Assembly: GCA_003344405.1 (NCBI GenBank)
Contig: NOWV01000011.1
Coordinates: forward strand, 186,001 to 250,000
Origin: Trichoplax sp. H2
Lineage: Eukaryota
Reading direction: 5' to 3'
Length of the DNA: 64,000 nucleotides
The notes beneath the pieces are model-generated. The model was not told where the DNA came from, made no database searches, and saw only the letters and a program-made list of their open reading frames with translations. The position numbers and the translations under genes are program-made. Position 1 is the stretch's first letter; each line of letters opens with the position of its first letter. Below, piece by piece: positions 28,573-41,000 of this stretch.

Positions 28573-31047
28573 AACTTATAATTTTGAATATTGCTAATTC
28601 ATGAATCTTTTTATTGATCTAGTCAGTGCTTAATCGAGGTTATAGCACGTTGAAAATAGACACTAGCTGAACAAATAAACTTAGGAAGAAGCGATGGGCT
28701 ATGTTCTGGACGAAAGCTTTTTAAATAAAACTTTTCTTTACGTCTCTCTACTATATTACGTTATTAATTAGTATTATCAGAAAGGTAATTATATTACATT
28801 TATGAAACAGAACATTAGAGAGCTCCCATGGTCATCATTTTCATTCATTTTCATCATTTTAATGGAATTTGTGATTTTTTGTTGTTTACTCCATTTATCA
28901 GTATCATTACAAATTAAATTAATTAGCCCAGATGGTTGAAAGCTATGAAAATTTCATTTAATCTAACGTATAAATATAGTAGCTATAATTTCGATAGTAT
29001 ATTCTATAGATCTTGTACGTTATCTGATGAGCAGAACTTAAAGGTTTCCTCTAATTTATTTGCTTTAACTATATTATCTATGGTGTATTTTAAAAATCAC
29101 ATATCTGGTATGTAGAGCTTAAAGGCTTCCCAAATTTCTATGCTACAAACCGCTATAATATTGAGAAATATAGATCGATTTCGTATTGTTTCTAAGACCT
29201 TTCTAAAAAATTTTTCTTATAAATTCATGATGATGTCTTCTTTTTATCACATTACCTCAATTCCTATGTATACATGTTCCTAAAATGTTTTAGAATTCTT
29301 GATCGGTCCAGTATGATTACTAAAAGAATTTAATAAGCTCGTAATGCATGCTATGAAAGATATACGTATGTATGTTAAATGATGTCGTATCACGATCGTT
29401 GCTTCTGCTATACCGTATAAAAGTCCAAATTAAATTAGCAGTAGCAGTTATTCACATACCCCTGTGTACGGTAAATTCTTAACTAATACATCAGAATAAC
29501 GAGTGATAAATAGAGCTGTCAAGGTTATGATGCTCATAATAGCTACTACATCAACAATAGGTGGCTAAAATGTAGAGAGTTGGGTAATATAGAGTAAAAT
29601 TCATTAAATTGCAATAGCTATCCTTCATTTATTATCATTCTATATGGAAAAAAAATATCTTACTACTACATAACTGTAGCATTGGAGACGTAGAAGGATG
29701 CATAGATCGAAAATATAGACCAACATCTATTCTAGAGATATTGTATCTAGCAAGTGGAATTTAAGTTTCTACAAGTTACATACGCGTATACCACAAGTTC
29801 GATATTGGGAAATATTGATCCAGCTACTATGACTCAAAATCTTCTATGATCTTGAGATGACATTAAGAGACGCTAATTCATTTTACGTTATTTCTTAATA
29901 GTTTAGAAGTGATTTACGGCCTTCTTTATTTAACATTACCGTTAAATTTTTATCTTTGTAAATCTCTATAAACGATAGAAATATATTCGAGTCTTGTATT
30001 TCTCTTCTATCAAGCTTTACAATGATCTAAAAGTCCTTCTAAAAATTCATATAAGATTAATATGATGTCAAAATACTGATTAATATTTCTTTATCGCTTT
30101 TATATGTGGCTAGCCATGAATCTTATACTAGTTTAGCACACAATGTAGTGATGTAACCATATTTGATTATAAGGATAGCTATATTTGATATAGTTAGGGT
30201 TACTCTAAATAGATATTATCGTGAAACCAATATTGGATGATTGCTAACTACTATATTAGAAGTTGCTGATGACTAATATTATCCAGTTGACTAATTATGG
30301 TACAAGATTTATGTGGATAGAAACACTGTAGTTGTTAAGATGCCCTTCGAAGAAAGGGGCCAGATGTTAATAGAAGAGTAGTGATATCTTAAGTAAAATG
30401 ATTTAGATTCTAGAAAATAATGATGCACTATTTGAGAAAAGTATTTTGTTTGATGACTCAGATCTGATTGTAGATTAATCAAGTCGTCATAAATGGATTT
30501 AACTAAACGTACTCGTATATAAGAACTGTAGAGATGAGCTTACGAGGGAGAAGAGACTTCCACTTCGCTTTGAGCCCGGAATGCTTTAGATTATGAACTA
30601 GATTCTTGTAGTAATTAATTATTGCTCTACTATTCCTAAAATCTTATAATAAAAGCCTTTTTAAAATACCATTTGACTAAGATAGTTATTGTGAGACACT
30701 TTTATTACACACACTCTCTACTCTATTAACATTACCTTACAAATACATCTAGACTCTCCAACTGGATGAATTTAAACGCATTTCATTAATGCAAAATTGT
30801 AGCAATAAAGGGTCAATTACAGTTACGCAAGGCCATGACTAACGGTATTTACACATAATTTAAGTGGATTAAATTGAATAAAAGAACTTTAAATCTCTAT
30901 CAAATAACTACAATAAAATCATCTTTTTCACGAAAAATAGAACCCATCAATAAAGCTTTAATTCGATATTAAATCTGAGGACAATAGAATTGACCGCAAA
31001 AATCATTGTAGAATTATTCCAGCCCTTCTTGAGTTCATGATTAAAAT

Positions 31048-34000
31048 CTAATCTGATTCTGTAGGACCATTATCAGCAAGTGAATTATCACGGCTACCAT
31101 ATTGCTCTTCTGCGTTAGAGTAGGCTGGTGGATGGTGAGGAGAACTTACTTGACGATAGGGGTAGTCATTACTGCTTTTATTTCGATGATGATTAAAGTA
31201 GATGCAAGTCATGACGCCAATACTAATACAAGTCATAAATAAACTAATGCTGGCCAAAACCACAGATACAATAGCCACGCTATCTTCCGACGATGAGGAA
31301 ATATTTTGAATATTAAGGCTACCATCTAATACGTATTTATCGTTATGGATTGGACGAAAAAGGTAAATTAAAATATATGAATTAGAAAGCAATAGTAATT
31401 TTAATATATAGGAAAGAATTATAGCTTCATTATTAAGCTAGAAAATAATATAGTAGTAGTAAATAAATACTACTTCTGTAAGGGGTTTTAACTGTATGAC
31501 ATACTTTTAACCCTTTCTAGCCTATTAATCCCTGGACTGACTGTTAAATTCTTAGCTAGAAATGATATAAAAATTTCGTTAAATTTAACAGATTAAAACC
31601 ATTCGCTTACTCTATGCACGGTATAACATCAGATATCTAAGAAAGTTTAAGTAAAATCTTCTTATAGAGCAGGTAAATGAAAAGAGAATGAGGTTTATGT
31701 AAAATCAATTTCTTCACAAATTAGTCTATACGCTACCAGCTAACAGACCTGCAAAACGAGATACTGCAAAACCAACTTGATTATTTATTCTATCAAAAAC
31801 GACGGTATAACCTTCCATAAGTGCATCGCCCAATATTATAACCGGGGCATCTAGAAAGTTAAGCCAAGAATTAATGTAATGTAGATATCTTAATGTATCA
31901 AGGCAATATCATTTTGTCTTACCATTAGAGGAAGGGGAAATAGAAAAAGTATAACATGGAAAGCCCAAGTTGCGAACTGTCTCCGACAGACGTATGTATT
32001 GCTACGCAAAAATATGGAAATCATTCGGTAACTTAGTGATATCAGCCTTAATTTGTGATTTCTATCTTTAATCATTTGCAAAGTTATACGTGTATTCGTC
32101 TAGCACAATCATCTACCTTTTTGATGCGTTAACGATATTCAATTTTACCTGAGGGGAAATAGCTAAATTAAAACGGCTAGACTCGTAAGCCAACACTCCA
32201 TCTACTCCAGCTAAGGGTAAAGTAAATTCTATAATAGGTAGTGATGACCAAGCAATTCCTAATCCAGCTGGACATATTACTTCTCTTCCTTCCCAGAATA
32301 GTTTTGGTGCTTGAATCTAACCAATGAAAAGAAAATGGAGATTTCATTATGGATTAAAACGGCGATGATGTTCTCATTTCTTTGATAAAGTAATATTTAA
32401 TGGCGTTATACTCGGTTTATTCACATGCATATCAATTCCTTAAGCTTAGATTAGAAGTTTGATCAGAAATACTTCACTGTAACTTACGAATTTCTGAAGA
32501 CTATGAACTATGGTCCGGAAAACAGCAGGTGGAACGACAATCTCAGTAGTTCCACTATCGACAAAGGTGACATATTTTTCATACTAGGATTGAGAAAGAA
32601 CAGCAATTAAGGAAGAAATAGAGATCAAGTTGGACTTACCACAGATTATTTTTACTGGTGATTGTAGAGTGTCTTATTAAAGTAAGTAGGATAATCCAAA
32701 TAAGGATAAATACACAACTATTTTCTCTGTCTATCACTGTTACATAAATGGACTTGCTACAACTATATTTACTGGTAAAAAAATTTCTTGACAAATCAAG
32801 GAACCATATCTTCAAACAAAATATACCTAATTTCCTCGACGATAATGTATTGTACAACTGTTTCTTTTACACTTCACAAATTAAGATTACTACAATTACA
32901 GTTACTGACAGAAAAAATAGGATACATCCAAATAAGATGTATCCAATTTCCTCGAGAATAATGTAAAAGTATTTCCCTTCATACAGTATTAGCTGACAAT
33001 ATTGATTTAGTGTAATTATATTTACTGAAGAACGATAGAAATTCTTAACGAAATGGGGAAGATATTTAATTTTCTGGATGTGTAGGCAAAACCAGTTTTT
33101 TAAATGTCATATTACACAATAAACTTCAATGGCCGTTTCTACTATATCATTAGTTGGATTTTAAAGCAAAATTACCCCATGACAACACATTGTTATTGGT
33201 TTTCCATCCACAGATATATTTAATAGCTTGACTTCATAATACCATTTCTTGATAACTGGTGTGTAGTAAACATGACCTAAAAACAGTGTACGATCAATGC
33301 CACCAAAAGTCTAAAAGAGTACAAGATTAGAATGGATCAGTGTTTTAAAAACCGCTGATCCCAACGATTCAGGTTTTAAAACGATAGAATTTATAATCAA
33401 GCAATCGTGGATACCATTTCACCGCCATAGTTACTATCCTTTGAAGTCCAAGATAACCCTTTGCTTAGAACTGGACCATATAATGTCAAGGAAAAGATAT
33501 TGGCAATTCCAGTTTTATCGACTAATTGATCAAAGAAGGTTTTAGTCGGAGTCCCTATTGGCTATAAGAATAAACTTTGATCAGATATTTTCTGGAGAAA
33601 ACACACGTATAAAAATTCTCATGATATACGACTTCAACATATTCATTTTTTTTACTCATTTTTACGCTATCTATTGATAGAGCTAAAGATTAAATAGGAC
33701 GTTCATCTCCATCGATTCTCTTATAGTGGATCATTTGAGACTATCTATCATAGTTTGTTATAAATTCATGCGTAAAATGATGATGCGGCGGTAATATACT
33801 TATAGTAGCAAGAGAGCTAGCATCGAAGAACGAGCGGACTGTATGATGTTACCATTACTGAATATTACATTAGATATTAATAAAGAAAAATATTATTGCA
33901 TTTACCATTTCAATTGATGAATAACCCATACCAATAATGCTTTGCCATACATCACTTGATGGAAAAAATTGATAGGAATAAATAATACCTGAAAAATCTT

Positions 34001-35020
34001 GTCGTATAGCACGATTAAATCCAACGTCTAGATGGACAATATCAGACATGAGGTCACCAGTCCAAGTTCCTTTTCCATACTGGACTGTAACTTGCTGAGA
34101 TCTATTTTGAAATGTTGACGATCTAGAATAGATGAAAAATATTATCGATCCTATTAATTTATTGATACAAAAGACTATTGGATGATATTAGCCTATTAAA
34201 GTCATAGCAATACCTGCGAGAATGATAGTAGGAAGGAACACCAGCATTAGGAGATGCTGCTATAGCGAAATTGCTACTACCTGTATCGACAAGGGCGTTA
34301 AACTATATTGATGCAAAAGTAATGGATGATTTAATCGGGTTCAAGCCACGTAAAAAATAATCCTTATTTAATATAAAATCGATAAAACTTTAAAGAAATA
34401 AAAAAATAAGAGCAAGGATAAGAATTTTAGTTGGTTGATATTTTAATGGAGGTAAAAGACAGTTTTGTTTCTAGGTAAAAAGAAGTTTAAAGCTAAAATG
34501 GATTGAAGTTAAACTACGAATTAAATTTTAATGAATTAGAAAATATGAGCGAGGATTATAACTAAAGGTTATAGGCTGGTTAATATTTTTACTCTAATTC
34601 AGTAATTTGAAAAAATAATTTTCATCAAGTAGAAAGACTACTTTACAGTATACTAAAATTTATACAAGATTTAATAGAAAAATAAAACTTTCACAGAATA
34701 GAAGATAAAGTCGAAAGGCAGAAATTAAAAGTTTGTTTCTTCTTTCTCTATCAGAAGATCTAATTGGACTTTACTTGTTGTCCTGGAGTGCCAACAGTAA
34801 TATGGATAGCATAACCAATGTCTGGAAAGCCGCGCATTCTGTCTATTCGGGTAGAAAGCTCGGATGGGGCATTTTGAAAGTTATTTTCTTTCCATTTGTG
34901 CACCCGATACAACGAGTACTTATGAATCTTGACGGATTTATCAATCTTATCGAAAGGTATATCACCAGCTACCATCATAAAAGCCAAGATATTGAGAATA
35001 AATCGCCAAACAATATTCAT
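31048..35020 (-). CDS. BACE: BACE-like aspartic protease, paralog B; type I membrane protein
   Basis: Signal peptide MNIVWRFILNILAFMMVAG. Spliced exons give GYAIHITVGTPGQQ|FNALVDTGSSNFAIAA, flap VQYGKGTW, WQSIIGMGYS, TFGGID, TFVDSGTT and IILGDALMEGYTVVFDR. The final exon has TM VAIVSVVLASISLFMTCISIGVMTCIYF and a cytoplasmic tail ending at stop 31048. Confidence 0.92.
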
Positions 35021-38000
35021 TTTCTAGAAAAGTTAGGAATTTTAGAATTACAGTAGATTGTAGAATTATAGTAGGTTGTACTGCTACATCACTGAACAAT
35101 TTACGTTTACTACCGATTGATTAAAAATGTGCAAAAAAATATGATTACTCTATCAAGGCTAGTGACAAAGGCAAGCTATTGGAAGGGGTATATTTTGGTA
35201 ACTTCTAAACCGTTTTACGAACTGTTAAATTTTTGATTTAATGAATGATGAACCAGTATAAATCAAAGATTTACCGTACCGTAATTGGAAAATTTCTCTT
35301 GTAATAAAAATCGATATGAATAACTGTGGTATAGTTTTTTCCTTATTGTACGGATGGATACCACCTAATCATAATAGTTTGCTCATTTTTATCGTATCCA
35401 GTCTCAATGGATGGATATATAACGATCCAACAATAATCACCTGGTGAACTGCATACCAATTACCTAAATTAAGAAACCGTTATTTGTAATGGTTGTTCAA
35501 TTAAAATAGATAAATGAAAGGGTCACAAGTGCATAACCGTCAAAATCACCTAAGGATTAGTGAGTGCTTCAATCAGATAATACTTTGTAACGATAGATTA
35601 GGAGGGTACCAGTCTTAGTAGGGAAAAGGTTAATTTTATTACCGATCTATTTCATTCTATTAAGATACAACGGAAACAGTTTGAAATAATAAGATTACGA
35701 TAAAATTGATCGTTAATTCGATTTCTAAACGGCCTAGATTAATTCTTTAAATTAATCTTATTAATGCTTTTAATACGATGAAAATTTCATATTACTTCAC
35801 TTTAAGACAGAACGCTACGTCATAAAGATTGCTATCATTATATTATAAGAATTCGTAAACCATAAGGTTTGTATTTACTGAAAATTTAAATATAAATTGA
35901 TTTTTAGACAATGCAATTAAATATTCCAATGATTCCTTGGAGGATGGCAAAAGTTATGAAATATGGTTAGGATATGCTCTACCGTTCAAATATTGTATGA
36001 GCTACAGTAGTATACCAGACCCTGCTCATGATACCGTATTTCGCGCCCATAGTGCTAATCACATCTTATTTGCCGTCTGATACGAAATATAGATACTTTT
36101 TCATCGACAGTAGGTCACGGTCAGCACGTGCCTCTCTTCAGGCTAAATTGTGAAGCCCAAACTTTATTAAATTGCTTACTAATTCCTGATTTAGAAGGGT
36201 AAATATTAGATAATGTTACTTCGATAACATTATGAAAGGCTACCCGCTGTCTACACAGATGTGTATAATATCATAGATAAGATTGCTTATTTAAAGTTTA
36301 TCTATCTATCTATAAAGATTATATCGCGAATACTATACAAAAGTCATTCCGTAATTGTACTATCTAAATATTATTGTTGCGATATCGTAATACAGTCTGT
36401 CTTATGATTAGATAGTTAAGAAAGTTATCTGATTACCTATTGATAAAAATATTCTCAAATTTGTTACATCTCGTTAGATTCGTAGATATTATAGCGGTAA
36501 TTGTCTTGCCATCTTGTAATAGAAATTATAAATTACTTAACAACGGTAACTATCTAATGCTGTCATGCTTATGAGTAATATTGAAGGGCAGAGGCATTAA
36601 TGAATTACGACATGATTGATACGGTCAATTTTCTATCACAGGTGATTGAGTGACCCAAATCATCTGATATATTAATGACTAAAGGCTAAAATGCGGAGGT
36701 ACTATTGCATCATGAATATAATGGCTAAGTCTGATGTATTGTGCAATAATTATAGGTGAGATTGGTAGTATGAAGCATTAATGATGATAACTAATAAAAT
36801 TAAAACCTACCAGCCTGTAGAACGCAATTGTGGCCTCTGCTATACTGTACCGCACGAAAGTCCAAACGAAATTGGCAATATTGACTATTTGACATGCCCA
36901 TATGCAAGACAAACACTCCATAAATGTATCGATACAACCCCGTGATAGATAGAATTACTATAGTTGTTATGATATCTAAAAGTAGAACAGTGGGATTTAT
37001 AATAGCTACTATATCAATCATGCGAAACTACTGTAGAGCGCTGTACAATATAGAGGAATATTCATTAAATAGCAATTGCTATTATTTATCACAATTTTTT
37101 ACACGCCAGAAATATCGCGCTACTATATATTTGTAGTACTAGAGATGTAGGATGCGTAATATAAAATTTACGCACACATACATGTATTTAAATATAGATC
37201 AGAGCACCTGTTTACATTTGTAACTGTACATGCATATATAAGTATTGCATAGCCCCAAATTTAGGTAGAGATCTAGATAGGCACATAAATTTAAAATCTT
37301 GACATACAAATATTTTGAAATCATAGGTATTGTATTTTATTATAGCTGAGCATTATAGATATATAGAGAGATCATAAAATTTACGTTATAAGTTTGGAAT
37401 CTTTAAACACAATTTAAGTATGAGTATTTAATCATAGTCATTTACGCATTCCACTTTGATAAAGCTGATATAAAAGAAAATTAAATCAATCACAAATACT
37501 AAATTAATGTATATATTATTTACTATCAGCAAACTAAACTATAGATAATTGAAACCTCTGCTGTTACGGGCCGGAATTTTGGAAACATTTATATGTTACT
37601 GATATGAAGCATCAGAGGGATATTAAAATTATTTATCATCAAAGCAGAACTCACTGATGATATGTCGCAAATAGATACGAATTACTATATAGTAATCAGC
37701 AGCTCTATCTTACCAAATCATTTATAATATAATAAAGATTTGTTAGCTTATAGCAATATTTGTTGGCTTGGATGGAATATTTATGTAATGTATAAAGACT
37801 AACCTTTAATTTCTATTTGCTAAGAGCGAAATATATAATTTTTTATCGAAGCCATTAAGATTAAATCATAATTGATATATCTTACTCAAAGAATGAACTA
37901 ATGTAATAACCATTTTCTTTCCCCCTTTCACCGTTGATGAATACACGTTCGAATTATTCTCTCGATACATATAAGTAAGACTATCATTTTACATTACTTG

Positions 38001-38042
38001 ACCGACAATCTAAGGCTATAGATATCTTGAAGAATATTGTAA

Positions 38043-41000
38043 TTATTCGGTTTCAGCATATTCAGGAGGATTTCCTGGTGGGGCTTGATATCGATATGGA
38101 TAGGATCCAGCAGCTTCACTGTTGCTGTAAGCGCTACCTGCAGGATTAGGAGGTGGACGATCATAGTAAGCCGATGATGAATTTGGTTGTAGTTGTTTCG
38201 ATTCCTGAACTTCTTGTGGATCGGCATAGGGCATATCATTCCTTCCAGATTGAACCTTAAGATGGACAACCATCACCATAAAGAAGCCAATTACAAATAT
38301 AGCGGCACCCACACTACCTATAACGATAGCCACTGGACTGACATTGGACGTTCCAGTTACATCGCAGGAATTGTTACCTATAAAATCATCGAAGTTATAA
38401 AATATATCAAAGACACTTGAGATTATTAACTGCCTTGGGTGATTTAATGGCTTAAATATATCTAAGATTGTATTTGATTAAGATTTTTGATAATTATCTC
38501 TTCATCAATATCAACTATTGAGATTCATATTAATAACAATCGTGCAATAAAGCCTTTTAGAATCTTACTTGTATCCATCTAACATTTCTAATAGATACAG
38601 TAAGTTAACTTTAATTCCCTATATAGTATAAAGCAGATGCAGCGTGCTGTATGCACTCGTATCGAGTAATCAAAAGTTATAAGTAATGCCGTGTTGATAA
38701 ATATATCAGTATAGCAACCACTTGTGAAGTATGATACTAGTGAGCGAACAGATATAGTAATAAATTCTTGCACTTATACCATGATAAGACGATAAATATT
38801 TAAAACAGATTGAAAGAAATTAGCAACATTATGAAATAGTTACTAATAACTTGAAAAATTTATGCAGTATTGTCGCCATTAGTCTGCATGGATAGCACTA
38901 TTATCGATTCCTGGACTAAAATACCAAGATCGTATATATATATATATGTTACTTTATTTAACTTAGTTATCGATAATTAATCTATTTCTTACAAGATGTC
39001 GTGAGTAGATCGTAAGAATAAAATCATAAAGTTAATGTTACTTTATAAATTTAAAGGGTTGTTACCTCTTATTTGTGGTCCAAGAACGACGGGTTTAACC
39101 TGATAATTTTGTACTGTGCATATATTCATTTGCAACACAAAATATGGCAATAAGCAACAGAGAATAAAAAAAATTACCATTATCATCATCTATTGATGAA
39201 TAATTATCGATATATGATTCCTCTATCTTTGATTATAAAAATAACTTACTAGCACATTTAGAAGCTGCAAAACCGACACGAGTATTTTCCCGATCAAACA
39301 TAACAGTAAAGCCTTCCATAATTACATCACCAAGAATGATACCTATTGATTTTAGGATAGCAAAATGTTAATATACCCTTTCCTTGCGATATTATGTGTA
39401 GAGCTTATTGAGATTCTTTAATACTTTAACTCATTTAAATTAGAAATTAAGAACTTACCGGAACCTTGAGATCGTTCAACTCCGAAACCATAGCATGGAC
39501 TATTATGAACGGTAACATGTTCAGCTAATCGTAAATATTGCTGTAAATCGTATCAAGAATATGATATCGTGAAATTATTAACATAAACACCCACTTGCTA
39601 TCATATTTCAACATGAATTAGTGAAATTTCTATTATATCGTTAGTACAAAAGATGGATAGATTGTCTTATTAACATTATTATCTAATATTGAAATACGGC
39701 GCACCAATATTTTCCTGTACACCCGCAATTTAATTTCATGAATGATCTAATCAGAGGGATTTTTTTATTTTAAAGTAAGGTAAATCACAACTTGAATAAA
39801 ATCTATACATTTAAAAGTGATATGGTTAATATTGAAATATTCTTGTTGATTTAAGACTAATCGTAATGTCATTTCGCCACTATACTGTATACTACAATTT
39901 AAGATTACTGTTGGAACTTTGACTATGAAAATAGGCAGACTTAAATTTCACTTAATTAGCTTATTTACGTATTTTCGATGACTAAACTTAGCCATTAAGT
40001 GACTTTATGTCAAAACTTTAGTATTGTTTATACTTAGAATAGCTATTAAATATTAAGAGTAATTTCTGCAAAGTTAAATTAGGGATGTAGTATCAAAAAT
40101 TCTTTTGCACGGTTGAGTATGGTAATTACCTGAGGAGGAATCATAAGTGTAAATTGTCCGTGTTCTTGCTTATTTGTCTTATTAACATCGGATAAATCCA
40201 ATGCAATCTCTAAGTAGGGAAAACCATTCCATTGTGCATTATTAGCTTCCCAGCATAAAGCTTCCCTTCCTTCCCAAAATCCATTCGGTACCTGAACCTG
40301 TTATGTTTGGAGTAAATAAAATACATCGGCGCTTCTTAGTAGATTTTCTCTTGTCTAGTTTAGTATTATTTAAATGTTATGTTATCTAGTAAAGATTATC
40401 TATAACGTATATTTATTAACATAGCATAACCCTATAGTATTTAAATTTCATTGAGCAACTTATTCTTGATTACAATAAATACTAGAAATTTTTAATACGA
40501 CGTTGACCACCGTACAAGTTCTATACAGTATAGGAATATACATTAGTGCAATTTTAGGCTTACTGATGTCATTGAACGAGCAAAAGCAATAATCCTGTTA
40601 AATATTGATTCTGGAACTCGAAAATTAGTCGTACCACTGTCCACGATGGTTTTATATTGATTGTACTGAAACGATAATGGTATTAAGAAAATAAAAATTA
40701 GTACTATTGTGTTTGTATAGACTAGACTATAACCAATGTTTGTTAGGATATAATGCAACTAATCAAGTTTTTTTACTGTCGATCTAGTATTAGGTAAATA
40801 AAATTAGGAATGATTATGAATTTATGTCTATACCCTCCTGTATTATGTACTGACGGAATTAGTCATATTATAGGCTAGGGTAATTAATGAATTGTTTAAA
40901 GAATCAAAAAAGGATTCGATATAATTTAATTACAAGTACCTTGTAATTTTAATATCTTAACTTTAGACATTAGAATACATGGTACGGATATTAGAAAATA

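Noticed and set aside
33405-33420. Donor GTATCCAC in BACE B as a possible U12-type intron
   Set aside because: It does not match GTATCCTT, and the homologous introns in paralogs A and C have ordinary U2 donors.
34733-35056. 107-aa + strand ORF
   Set aside because: Antisense shadow of BACE B exon 1.
36110-36135. CACGTG E-box upstream of BACE B as a possible TFEB/CLEAR site
   Set aside because: Single hexamer with non-CLEAR flanks (GCACGTGC), about 1.1 kb from the ATG. Expected by chance.
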